Shown in pieces: positions 26,408-35,424 of a stretch of DNA of 64,000 nt. Both the position numbers and the translations under genes were made by a program. The notes below the pieces were generated by a model, which was not told the DNA's origin, did no database searches, and saw only the letters and a list, made by a program, of their open reading frames with translations. Positions within the stretch are counted from its first letter, which is position 1. Each line of letters starts with the position of its first letter. Where the stretch lies: assembly GCA_046290435.1 (NCBI GenBank), contig JBKAGO010000053.1, positions 568 through 64,567 on the forward strand. Direction: 5' to 3'. The stretch comes from Acidimicrobiales bacterium. Lineage in GTDB: Bacteria > Actinomycetota > Acidimicrobiia > Acidimicrobiales > UBA8592.

Positions 26408-27749
26408 CGGACATGGTGACGTCGGCGACCACCAACGACACCCCGCTTGCGCTCATCGGCAACCGCTCGAGGTCGCCACCGATCTCGACGACGTCGAGCA
26501 GCATCCGCTGCAGCGTCGACGCAATGGTGATCTCGCGGATGGGTTCGGCGATGGCGCCGCCCCGGATCCGCAGGCCCTCGGCCCCGGTCGAGAAATCGCC
26601 ACTGACGGGATTGACCCCGGAGTGCAGCCCGGCGACACCCTGGATGAGGACACCATCGCCGATCGAGGCGATGAGCTCGGCCTGGCTGCGGGTGCCCGGC
26701 ATCAGCATGAGCGCATGCGCGCCGACGCCGGGGGTGGAGTTGAAGCCACGGACGGCCGAACCGGTCGAGGACGTCCCGGTGCGCCGTGCCGTGTACGCGT
26801 TGTGCATGAACATCTCGAGGCGACCGTCGGCGATGAGGACGTTGCGGCGGGCCGCGAGGCCTTCGCCGTCGGTGTCGGTCGCCGTGAAGGCCTCGGGGTC
26901 GAGGGGGTCGTCGACCAGGGTGAAGCCCGGGGTCGCCACCGAGTCACCCAGCCGGTCGGCGAACAGCGACCGGCGCTTCAGCACCGCCTCGGCGTCGAGG
27001 ATGCCGCCGATGATCGACAGGAACTGGGCGGTGACGAATGGATCGAACACCACCGTGACACGCTCGGACGGCGCCTGGGTGGCGCCGAGCAGACGGGTGG
27101 CTCGGTCGACGGCCTCGGCGGCCGCCACGGCCACGTCGAGGTCCTGGGGCGCACGTGCCACCGAGTACCCGAAACCGGTCTGGGTGTCGTCGCCCTCGGC
27201 GGCCAACGAATAGGCCGCCAGGTAGCAGCCGCTGTCGCGGCCGCCCTGGCGGATGCCGGTGCTCGACACCACTGCGCCGTGCGCGACGGCGTCGACGTAG
27301 TCGGCGGACTCGACCCCGATGATGCGGGCGTCGCCGGCGGTGATCGCCCGTTCGAGCTCGATGGCCATGGCGATCTTGGCGTCGGTGTCGAAGTCCTCGA
27401 CCCGATCGTCGTACAGGTTCAGCTCGGTGATGGGTACCCCGTCGGGTTCGGCGAGACCCACCCACTCGTCCGCGCTGGCAAAGGTCGCGTTGTCGCGGGC
27501 CTCGGCCAGGGTCTCGGCCAGGACGTCGTCGTCGAGGGTCCCGGCATAGGCCATGCCCTGGCGCGGGCCCTGCACCACCCGGATGCCGATACCGGCCGAT
27601 TCGGCCGCCGTGAAGGATTCGATCTCGCCTTCGTAGACACGGATCTCGGTCTCGCGTTCGTCGACGAGAACGGCCTCGATCTGCTCGCCGTCACGCGCCC
27701 ATCCGACGACGCGGTCGCCGATGGCCAGGAGTTCTTCGTAATGTCGCAT
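26400..27749 (-). CDS. pmbA: PmbA/TldE-family metalloprotease component (paralogue 1)
   Basis: ATG 27749 (MRHYEELLAIGDR). GLHSGVNPVSGDFSTGAEG. No HExxxH motif. The upstream part of ORF 26400..27854 is rejected. Confidence 0.85.
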   Translation of the reverse strand: MRHYEELLAIGDRVVGWARDGEQIEAVLVDERETEIRVYEGEIESFTAAESAGIGIRVVQGPRQGMAYAGTLDDDVLAETLAEARDNATFASADEWVGLAEPDGVPITELNLYDDRVEDFDTDAKIAMAIELERAITAGDARIIGVESADYVDAVAHGAVVSSTGIRQGGRDSGCYLAAYSLAAEGDDTQTGFGYSVARAPQDLDVAVAAAEAVDRATRLLGATQAPSERVTVVFDPFVTAQFLSIIGGILDAEAVLKRRSLFADRLGDSVATPGFTLVDDPLDPEAFTATDTDGEGLAARRNVLIADGRLEMFMHNAYTARRTGTSSTGSAVRGFNSTPGVGAHALMLMPGTRSQAELIASIGDGVLIQGVAGLHSGVNPVSGDFSTGAEGLRIRGGAIAEPIREITIASTLQRMLLDVVEIGGDLERLPMSASGVSLVVADVTMSGE

Positions 27750-27763
27750 GAGGTGGGAGTCGC

Positions 27764-29251
27764 TCAGGCCGCGGTGCCACCGACGGTGAGGCTCGTGACC
27801 CGCAACGTCGGGGTCCCGTCGCCCACCGGCACGCCCTGGCCGTCCTTGCCGCACGTGCCCGGCGAGCCCATGGCGAAGTCGTTGCCCAACGCATCGATAC
27901 GGGTGAGGACCTCGGGCCCGTTGCCGATGAGATTGCCCTCGCGGATGGGTTCGGTGACCTCACCGTTCTCGATGAGGTAGGCCTCGGTCATGCCGAACAC
28001 GAAGTCGCCGGTGGCGGTGTTGACCTGGCCGCCGCCGAGCTCGGCCACGAACACGCCACGTTCGGTGTCGGCGATGATGTCGGCCGGGTCGGTGTCGCCG
28101 TTGCCCAGGTACGTGTTGGTCATGCGGACCATCGGCAGGCAGCTGTAGTTCTGACGGCGGCCGTTGCCCGAGCTGGGACGGCCCTCCTTGCGGGCCCGGA
28201 GGCCGTCCCACATGTAGTCCACCAGCACGCCGTCCTGGATGAGCACGTTGCGCTGGGCGGGGCGGCCCTCGTCGTCGATGGCGAACGCGCCCCACTCGCC
28301 GCCCATGGTGCCGTCGTCGACGAGGGTGACCAGCGGGCTCGCGACCTGTTCGCCGACGCGGCCGGCGAACACCGATGCCTGCTTTGCGACCAGGTCGGCC
28401 TCGAGGCCGTGGCCGCAGGCCTCGTGGAACAACACGCCCCCGCCGCCCTTGCCGATGACCACCGGCATCGCACCCGACGGCGCCGGGCGCGCCAACAGCT
28501 TGACGATGGCGCGATCGGCGGCGCGCCGGGCGAGTTCCTCGACGTCGACCTCGTCGAAGAGCTCGAAGCCGATGGGCCGTCCGATGCTCTCGCGGCCGGT
28601 CTGCATGCCGGTGTCGCCCTGCGCGACACACGACACCGAGAAGATGGTGCGGACCTGATCGTCGCCGGCGAGCACCCCTTCGGTGTTGGCCACCAGGATG
28701 CGGCGACGGCTGTCTGCGTAGCGGGCCGACACCTGGGTGATGGCGTCGGCGACGCTGCGGGCGACGCCGTCGGCGCGGCCGAGCAGTTCGACCTTGGTGG
28801 CCTTGGCGACGGTCTCGGGGAGTATCTCGACCACGTTGGGGCTGGCGGCACGGACCCGCTCGAGCGGCACGATGCGGGTGCCGCCTCCGCCGCTGCGGGC
28901 CGCGGCTGCAGCCGCTTCGGCGGCGCTGCGGAGCCCTTCGGGGCTGAGGTCGGCGGTATGGGCGAACCCGGTGGTGTCACCGACGACGACGCGAATGCCG
29001 GCACCGCGGTCGCGTCCCGACGACAGTTCCTCGACCTTGCCGTCGTCGAACATGGCCGATGACGATCGCTTGTCCTCGGCGAAGATCTCGGCGAACTCGC
29101 CGCCGGTGGCCATCGCCACCGCCAGGGTCGCGTCGATGACGTCGGTGTCGATCATCTCGGTGGGAGCCACAGGCAGGCCGTCCTCGCTGGGTCGCGGACG
29201 CACGGCCGAGGGGCCGTGCGCCCCTGGGGTTTGGGGGCGCTCGGCCGACAT
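27764..29251 (-). CDS. tldD: TldD metalloprotease
   Basis: HEACGH zinc motif, GRRQNY, TGDFVFG. Start ambiguous: ATG 29251 chosen, ATG 29155 is the alternative. Neither has a clear SD. Confidence 0.85.
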   Translation of the reverse strand: MSAERPQTPGAHGPSAVRPRPSEDGLPVAPTEMIDTDVIDATLAVAMATGGEFAEIFAEDKRSSSAMFDDGKVEELSSGRDRGAGIRVVVGDTTGFAHTADLSPEGLRSAAEAAAAAARSGGGGTRIVPLERVRAASPNVVEILPETVAKATKVELLGRADGVARSVADAITQVSARYADSRRRILVANTEGVLAGDDQVRTIFSVSCVAQGDTGMQTGRESIGRPIGFELFDEVDVEELARRAADRAIVKLLARPAPSGAMPVVIGKGGGGVLFHEACGHGLEADLVAKQASVFAGRVGEQVASPLVTLVDDGTMGGEWGAFAIDDEGRPAQRNVLIQDGVLVDYMWDGLRARKEGRPSSGNGRRQNYSCLPMVRMTNTYLGNGDTDPADIIADTERGVFVAELGGGQVNTATGDFVFGMTEAYLIENGEVTEPIREGNLIGNGPEVLTRIDALGNDFAMGSPGTCGKDGQGVPVGDGTPTLRVTSLTVGGTAA

Positions 29252-29286
29252 CGCCCTGCAGGAGATCCCGCGCGAGCGACAGCGGA

Positions 29287-29688
29287 ATGCGTATCGTACC
29301 CGCCGTGGAGCTCGAAGCCGGACGCAGCGCAACCATCGACCATGTCGTCGAGGTCCGCCACTGCGCGCCCGCCGTCGGGTCCGGCGATGTCGAGGTCCTG
29401 TCGACCCCGGTCGTGCTCGCCTGGTGCGAATCGGCGTGCATGGCCGCGATCGCGGAGGAGATGGATCCCGCCAACACCACCGTCGGCATGCGCGTCCGCC
29501 TCGATCACCTGCGCGCCAGCCCCGTCGGGGCCACCGTCACCGTGACCGCAGAGCTCAGCCGCGTCGAGGGCCGTCGCTTCACCTTCGAGGTCAGCGCCCA
29601 CCAGGGCGAAGACGAGGTAGCCCACGGCCAGGTCGTCCGGGTCCTGGTAGACCGCGACCGCTTCCTCGACAAGGCCCGCCAGGCCTGA
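29287..29688 (+). CDS. Hotdog-fold thioesterase (FlK-like small thioesterase family)
   Basis: 133-aa ORF. VLSTPVVLAWCE...GMRVRLDHLRASPVG...RRFTFEV pattern of single-hotdog thioesterases. Divergent from tldD. Confidence 0.65.
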   Translation: MRIVPAVELEAGRSATIDHVVEVRHCAPAVGSGDVEVLSTPVVLAWCESACMAAIAEEMDPANTTVGMRVRLDHLRASPVGATVTVTAELSRVEGRRFTFEVSAHQGEDEVAHGQVVRVLVDRDRFLDKARQA

Positions 29689-29793
29689 TTTCGCCCTCAC
29701 TCGCGTCGCTTCGCTCGCTCCGTTCGGGCGAGTCGGGCGGGGCTGACACCCGGTGCGAACACACCAGAGACAGACCTGCCGCACCACCAACGC

Positions 29794-29868
29794 TTGTGAC
29801 GAGTTTGCACAGCCCCACAACAAGGGCCCCCCTGGCATCAACGCAAAGGCTGTGCAAACTCGTCACAA
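29794..29868. repeat. Perfect 21-bp inverted repeat (29794-29814 / 29848-29868) with a 33-nt spacer
   Basis: ttgtgacgagtttgcacagcc ... ggctgtgcaaactcgtcacaa read directly. Confidence 0.9.
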
Positions 29869-29949
29869 ACGTCCTCCCGCCTCCACGAGCACTCGAACAC
29901 AGCCCTGCGGGACACCTTCTCGCCCGGCAGCGGCGACGGCCCCGGACCC

Positions 29950-30148
29950 GTCGGCGCTCCGCGCCGCACCCGAGACGGCCGACGCACCCCGGCGGGTCAC
30001 TTGGGCACCCCCTCAGCCGTCTCGGCCCGACGCCGCTGCTGCGCAGCCCGCCGACACCAGCCGGCGACGTGCATCCCGGACCGACCGTGCGACGACCGAA
30101 CGAGGGGGATCCCGGCGCCAGCACGCCCGAGACGAGCCGGCCCAGAAA
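29950..30148. repeat. Direct repeat copy A (core about 180 bp, 29969-30148, with a more diverged ~20-bp lead-in)
   Basis: cccgagacggccgacgcaccccggcgggtcacttgggcaccccctcagccgtctcggcccgacgccgctgctgcgcagcccgccgacaccagccggcgacgtgcatcccggaccgaccgtgcgacgaccgaacgagggggatcccggcgc... recurs 332 bp downstream with only a few mismatches. Confidence 0.9.
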
Positions 30149-30281
30149 AGAGCGGCAACCCACAAGGCCGACCAATCCCGGATCAGCAGTGCAGGGCCGC
30201 GCGCCCCGTAGACACGTCAACACCAGCAGTGCCGCCCGACCCGGATCAGCAGTGCAAGGCCGCGGCGGCCGGGCGGCAACA

Positions 30282-30480
30282 CGTCGGCGCTCTCGCCTCC
30301 CCCGAGACGGCCGACGCACCCCGGCGGGTCACTTGGGCACCCCCTCAGCCGTCTCGGCCCGACGCCGCTGCTGCGCAGCCCGCCGACACCAGCCGGCGAC
30401 GTGCATCCCGGACCGACCGTGCGACGACCGAACGAGGGGGATCCCGGCGCGAGCCCGCCCGAGACGAGCCGGCCCAGAAA
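30282..30480. repeat. Direct repeat copy B (core 30301-30480)
   Basis: Near-identical to copy A. Differences cluster at ggcgc(ca/ga)gc(a/c)cgcc. Each copy has an internal 10-bp stem (ccgagacggc/gccgtctcgg) with a 36-nt loop. Confidence 0.9.
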
Positions 30481-30500
30481 CACAGAGCCGACCCAGAAAT

Positions 30501-31370
30501 TCAGCTATACCGCGGCTCTCTTTTCTCGAAGTAGGCCTGGATCGCTTCGACCTGGTTGGGTGAGCCGATGAGGGCGCCGATCTCGCGGCGTTCGGTGGCG
30601 AAGGCGGTGGCCTCGTCGATGGTGCCCACGGCACGGAGCATGCGCTTGGCGGCACGCACTGCATCGGGGGACTTCTGGGCGATCTCGGTCGCCATCTCCA
30701 TGGCGGCGGCATGGGGATCGTCGGCCACCTTCGTCGCCAGGCCGATGGCCTGGGCCTCGACGCCTTCGACCATCCGTCCGGTGAACGTCAGCTCCTTCGC
30801 GACGTCGAGGCCGACGAGTTCGACCAGGCGCTTGGTGCCGGTCATGTCGGGGACCAGGCCCCAGCGGATCTCGAGCACCGACATGCGGGCGTCGGGGGCC
30901 ACGATGCGGATGTCGGCTCCGAGCGCCAGCTGGATGCCGCCTCCGAGGGCGACGCCGTGGACGGCGGCGATGACCGGCACCGGGAGGTCGGTCCAGCCGT
31001 AGACGGCCTGCTGACCGTGATGGGTGATGGCGCCCTCGTCGACGTGGGAAATGGCGGTCGAACCCCCGACGGCGCCGTCGTCGTCGCCCGCGGGCGCCCC
31101 GTCCGACGCGCCGCCTCCCGATGCCATCGCCGCGAATCCGCCGAAGTCGAGACCGGCGCAGAACGCCCGGCCGTTGCCCGACAGCACGACGGCCCGGACC
31201 GACCGGTCCTCGGCGAGCGCCGCACTCGTCGCCACGAGCGCGTCGAACATGGGCCCGTCGAGCGCGTTCATCTTGTCGGCCCGATCGAGGCGCACGTCGG
31301 CGACCCCGTTGTCGATGGTCACCGTGATCCGCTCGCTGTGGTCGTTCGTCATGGCGTCACTGTCCGTCAC
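30501..31370 (-). CDS. Enoyl-CoA hydratase/isomerase (crotonase) family protein
   Basis: VVLSGNGRAFCAGLDF oxyanion-hole segment and IAAVHGVALGGG. Alternative ATG at 31352. Confidence 0.88.
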   Translation of the reverse strand: MTDSDAMTNDHSERITVTIDNGVADVRLDRADKMNALDGPMFDALVATSAALAEDRSVRAVVLSGNGRAFCAGLDFGGFAAMASGGGASDGAPAGDDDGAVGGSTAISHVDEGAITHHGQQAVYGWTDLPVPVIAAVHGVALGGGIQLALGADIRIVAPDARMSVLEIRWGLVPDMTGTKRLVELVGLDVAKELTFTGRMVEGVEAQAIGLATKVADDPHAAAMEMATEIAQKSPDAVRAAKRMLRAVGTIDEATAFATERREIGALIGSPNQVEAIQAYFEKREPRYS

Positions 31371-31518
31371 CGGTGGCGCCGGGTCAAGTGCCCGCCTCGT
31401 GACCGCAGACCTGCTCCAGCCCGAGGGCCCATGCGCCGATGTTGCGAGCAGGCGCCACTACCCTTTCCCGGGCCCGTCTGCCGACCCTGGCCGTCGGGCC
31501 CGGCATCCGCCGCCCATC

Positions 31519-32556
31519 ATGTCTGCGCGCACGACCCGACCCCCCGCCTCGACCCCACCCTGGTGGCGTCGCCCGATCGTGACCGTTGCCGCGCGCATCG
31601 CCATCAGCGGCGTCATCCTCTGGGTCCTGGTCGCCCAGATGGAGGACATCGACACCGACGAGCTGCCGGCGTGGAACCGGGCGACGGCCGCGTGGGCGAT
31701 CGCAGCGGTATCGCTGACGATCTCGGCGTTCGTGCTGGCCGCCTACCGGTGGCAGCGGGTGCTGTTCGCGCTCGGCGCACCGCAGCGACTGCGCCGCCTG
31801 TTCAGCCACTACATGGCAGGGCAGTTCATCTCGAACTTCGTGCCCACCACGGTCGGCGGCGACGTGTTGCGCGTCAGCCGCCTGTCCAAGGACACCGGCG
31901 ACGGTCCGGTCAGCTTCGCATCGGTCGTCTTCGAGCGCCTGAGCGGCTGGATCGTCCTGCCCGCCATCACCTTCGTCGGCTTCGCGGTCAACCCGGGCCT
32001 CACCGATCTCGGCGTTGCGACGAGCGTGCCGCTCTATGTGGCCGGGGCGACCCTCGTCGCACTGGTCGTCGTGCTCGTGGTGCTCGGCAACGACCGCATC
32101 GGCGCGTCACTCGCCACACGCGAGGGCGTCGCCCGCTTCGGCAACGCCGTGCACCTGGGCATCGACCGCATGCGGGCGCGCCCCCGTGAGGCCGCCGAGG
32201 TCCTGGCGGCCGCCGTCGCGTACCAGTTCGTGCTCATCCTCGCCGCGGGGTGCGCCGCGGAGGCCATCGGCATCGACGAGGTCGGGCTCACCTCGCTGAT
32301 GGCGTTCATGCCGGCCGTCCTGATCCTGCAGGTCCTGCCGCTCGGCATCGGCGGCCTCGGCATCCGGGAGGGCTCGCTCGTGCTCTTCCTCGGTGGGCTC
32401 GGCGTGCCCGACCAACAGGCTTTGGCCCTCGGCCTGTCCATCTATGCGATGACGCTGGTGGGTAGTCTGATCGGCTTCCCCCTGCTCATCCTGGGGGGAC
32501 GAGCCCGCCGGTCGGCACCTTCGCTCGCCGACGCGGCAACAGGCCCCACACCATGA
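31519..32556 (+). CDS. UPF0104 / lysylphosphatidylglycerol-synthase-TM-region-like (flippase-like) membrane protein
   Basis: ATG 31519 (MSARTTRPP). YMAGQFISNFVPTTVGGDVLRV is typical of the family. Polytopic. The upstream part of ORF 31024..32556 is rejected. Confidence 0.7.
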   Translation: MSARTTRPPASTPPWWRRPIVTVAARIAISGVILWVLVAQMEDIDTDELPAWNRATAAWAIAAVSLTISAFVLAAYRWQRVLFALGAPQRLRRLFSHYMAGQFISNFVPTTVGGDVLRVSRLSKDTGDGPVSFASVVFERLSGWIVLPAITFVGFAVNPGLTDLGVATSVPLYVAGATLVALVVVLVVLGNDRIGASLATREGVARFGNAVHLGIDRMRARPREAAEVLAAAVAYQFVLILAAGCAAEAIGIDEVGLTSLMAFMPAVLILQVLPLGIGGLGIREGSLVLFLGGLGVPDQQALALGLSIYAMTLVGSLIGFPLLILGGRARRSAPSLADAATGPTP

Positions 32557-33473
32557 CGCCCGACACCCACATCGTCTCCGGTCCGACCGACGAGCGGACC
32601 CTTCGCTGGTGGCTCGAGCTGGGCCTGATCGGCACGTTCTACTTCGTGTATTCCTGGGTGCGAAACCAGTTCGGTTCGGCCGTGGTCGATCCGGCGGAGG
32701 CGCTCGCGAACGCCAACCGCATCATCGACATCGAAGAGGCAGTTGGCCTCTACTTCGAGCCGACCGTCCAGGGCTGGTTCCTCGGATGGGAGTGGTTCCT
32801 GCGGTTCTGGAACATCTTCTACGGCACGTTGCACTTCGTCGTCACCCCCGTCGCGCTGGGGTATCTGTACTGGCGCTACCCACGCGACTATCCGCGCTAC
32901 CGCACCGTCGGGCTGTTCACGACGGGCCTGGCCATCATCGGATTCGCGCTCTTCCCGCTCATGCCCCCACGCCTGATGGGCAACTGCGGCACCTTCGGCG
33001 GCTGTGTCGAGGACAGTCCCTATGTCGACACGATGGCCGAGATCGGCGGCATCTGGTCGTTCGACAGCGAGGCCATCGCCAGCATCTCCAACCAGTACGC
33101 AGCGATGCCGAGCCTGCACTTCGCCTGGTCGTTCTGGTGCTTTTTGGTCCTGTATCCCCGGATGCGTCGCCGGAGCCTGCGTGTGGCGATCGCGCTCTAC
33201 CCGTGGTTGACGGTGTTCGCCATCGTGGTCACCGCCAATCACTTCTGGATCGACGCCGTCGGCGGCGCCGCCGTGCTGGCCTCGGGGTTTCTGCTCGGCA
33301 ACACCCTCACCGGTTTCCTGCAGCGCCGTGGCCTCGATCGGGGCGTCGCCGCCGCAGCCGAGGCATCACAGCCTCCACCGGAGGAACCCGCCTCCGGCCC
33401 GCTCCACGCGGCTGTCAGCACCGACGATGCCGACGCCGGAGCCCACACGGCGGGTGGTGTGCCCCCCGACTGA
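32553..33473 (+). CDS. PAP2-superfamily membrane protein (PAP2_3 / inositol-phosphorylceramide-synthase-like)
   Basis: ATG 32553 overlaps the upstream stop (ATGA). AAMPSLHFAW (SxH) and ANHFWIDAVGG (Hx3D) motifs. Confidence 0.75.
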   Translation: MTPDTHIVSGPTDERTLRWWLELGLIGTFYFVYSWVRNQFGSAVVDPAEALANANRIIDIEEAVGLYFEPTVQGWFLGWEWFLRFWNIFYGTLHFVVTPVALGYLYWRYPRDYPRYRTVGLFTTGLAIIGFALFPLMPPRLMGNCGTFGGCVEDSPYVDTMAEIGGIWSFDSEAIASISNQYAAMPSLHFAWSFWCFLVLYPRMRRRSLRVAIALYPWLTVFAIVVTANHFWIDAVGGAAVLASGFLLGNTLTGFLQRRGLDRGVAAAAEASQPPPEEPASGPLHAAVSTDDADAGAHTAGGVPPD

Positions 33474-33563
33474 GACGCTGCGCGGATCCCGAGGGTGCTG
33501 GACCACGAAGCAACTCCGCTCAGGCGGTACCGTGAGGGGTCCCTCGACCATCGGAGGAGAGCG

Positions 33564-35390
33564 TTGCTCCTCGAACAGATCACCTGCCCGGCCGATCTGC
33601 GGCGCCTCGACGCCGACGATCTCGCCCTCGTGTGCGAAGAGATCCGCGAGTTCATCGTCGATGCCGTGACCACCAACGGCGGGCACCTCGGCTCGAACCT
33701 GGGCGTCGTCGAACTGACCGTCGCGATGCACCGTGTCTTCGACTCCCCCCGCGACATCATGTTGTGGGACACCGGCCATCAGGCGTATGTCCACAAGATC
33801 CTGACCGGCCGCGCCGGCCAGTTCGGCACGTTGCGCAAGGGCGGCGGCCTGTCCGGTTACCCGAGCCGGGCCGAGTCCGAGCACGACTGGATCGAGAACA
33901 GCCACGCCTCCACCGTGTTGAGCTACGCGTACGGCCTGGCCACCGCGCAGGAATCCGACGGCGGTGAGGGGCGACGGGTCATCGCCGTCATCGGCGACGG
34001 TGCGCTCACCGGCGGCATGGCCTTCGAGGGGCTCAACAACCTCGGCCACTCCGGGCGACGGGTCATCATCATCCTCAACGACAACGGCCGCTCCTATGCC
34101 CCGACGGTGTCGCGCCTGGGCGAGAGCCTCAAGCTCCTCCGGAACAACCCGCGCTACCTCCGCACCCAGCAACGCGTCGAGCGCCGGATGAAGGACACCC
34201 TGCCGTTCAGCGAGGCCGTCGAGCGTGCCATCGAGGCCACCAAGGCCGCCGTGCGCGAGATGTGGGACACCACCTCGTTCTTCGAGGATCTGGGCATCCG
34301 CTACAACGGCCCCTTCGACGGCCATGACATCGACCAGCTCGAACGGGCATTCCGCAACGCCGCCCAGTTCGACGGCCCGACCGTCATCCACGTCCTCACC
34401 GAGAAGGGCCGCGGCTACGCGCCGGCCGAGAACGACGTCATCAAACGGCTCCACGACATGGGCGCGCCCAAGCCCAACAGCTACACCGCCGCGTTCACCG
34501 AGGCACTCATCAAAGAGGCCGACGCGCGGCCCGAGCTCGTCGCCCTCACCGCCGCGATGCCCGACAGCACCGGTCTGCTGCCGTTCTCGGAGCGCTACCC
34601 CGACCGTTGCATCGACGTCGGCATCGCCGAACAACACGCCGTCACCGCCGCCGCGGGCATGACCATGGGCGGCCTGCGCCCCGTGTTCGCCGTCTACTCG
34701 ACGTTCCTGAGCCGGGCGTTCGATCAGGTCAACCTCGACGTCGGCCTGCACGGCTGCCCGGTGGTGTTCTGCCTCGACCGCGCCGGCATCACCGGCGACG
34801 ACGGAGCCTCACATCACGGCGTGCTCGACATGGTGCTGTTGTCGAAGGTGCCGAACATGACCATCCTGGCGCCGTCGTCGTACCAGGAGCTCCAGCAGAT
34901 GCTCCACGATGCGCTCGAGATCACCACCGGCCCGGTCGCCATCCGCTACCCGAAGACCCCGGCCCCCGACGTGGGCGAGGGCGAGATCGGCGTCGGCCTC
35001 ACGGCACGCAAGGTGCGCACCGGCAGCGACGTGGCCGTGCTCGCCGTCGGCAAGATGCTCGCCGCCGCCACCGAGGCCGCCGAGAAGCTGGCCGCCGATG
35101 GCATCGAGGCGACGGTGTACGACGTCCGCTGCGTCAAGCCGCTCGATCCGGCGATGATCGCCGATGCGGCCACGCATCCGTTGGTCGTCACCATCGAGGA
35201 CGGCCTGGCCGACGGGGGCATCGGGACGTCGATCCGCGGTCTCCTCGAGGACGAGATCGGCCCCACGCCGAAGGTCCGGGTGCTGGGCGTGCCCACCGAG
35301 TACCTCGATCACGGATCGGTCGAGGAGATCCTCGCCCGTCTGGGCCTCGACGCCGACGGCATCGTCGCCACGGTCACCGGCCACCGCTGA
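33564..35390 (+). CDS. dxs: 1-deoxy-D-xylulose-5-phosphate synthase
   Basis: TTG 33564, 4 nt after GGAGGAG (the ORF-track GTG 33495 is an alternative). GGHLGSNLG, DTGHQAYVHKILTGR, IGDGALTGGMAFEGLNN. Confidence 0.93.
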   Translation: MLLEQITCPADLRRLDADDLALVCEEIREFIVDAVTTNGGHLGSNLGVVELTVAMHRVFDSPRDIMLWDTGHQAYVHKILTGRAGQFGTLRKGGGLSGYPSRAESEHDWIENSHASTVLSYAYGLATAQESDGGEGRRVIAVIGDGALTGGMAFEGLNNLGHSGRRVIIILNDNGRSYAPTVSRLGESLKLLRNNPRYLRTQQRVERRMKDTLPFSEAVERAIEATKAAVREMWDTTSFFEDLGIRYNGPFDGHDIDQLERAFRNAAQFDGPTVIHVLTEKGRGYAPAENDVIKRLHDMGAPKPNSYTAAFTEALIKEADARPELVALTAAMPDSTGLLPFSERYPDRCIDVGIAEQHAVTAAAGMTMGGLRPVFAVYSTFLSRAFDQVNLDVGLHGCPVVFCLDRAGITGDDGASHHGVLDMVLLSKVPNMTILAPSSYQELQQMLHDALEITTGPVAIRYPKTPAPDVGEGEIGVGLTARKVRTGSDVAVLAVGKMLAAATEAAEKLAADGIEATVYDVRCVKPLDPAMIADAATHPLVVTIEDGLADGGIGTSIRGLLEDEIGPTPKVRVLGVPTEYLDHGSVEEILARLGLDADGIVATVTGHR

Positions 35391-35424
35391 GCCGGCGCGG
35401 CATCGAAGCGCCGCGGCGGCCCGA

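Larger units (their letters stand above)
29689..30500. other. About 810-bp non-coding region between convergent genes, packed with hairpins and direct repeats
   Basis: No ORF has a recognisable family or sensible composition. Contains the repeats listed separately. Confidence 0.7.

Noticed and set aside
29689-30500. A known housekeeping ncRNA (tmRNA, RNase P RNA, SRP RNA, 6S RNA) hidden in the long spacer.
   Set aside because: I looked by eye for a tRNA-like acceptor/T-arm for tmRNA, the GAGGAAAGUCC and ACAGAA boxes of RNase P, and the SRP domain IV motif. I found none. This is not a covariance-model search, so a novel or divergent RNA remains possible.
28737-30563. ORFs crossing the repeat-rich spacer (28737..30563+, 29591..30319-, 29753..30211+, 30001..30534+, 30217..30483-, 30329..30712-) as possible genes.
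   Set aside because: They are translations of the 180-bp direct repeats and so contain duplicated peptide blocks. They are extremely Arg/Pro/Ala-rich, have no start context, and no family resemblance.
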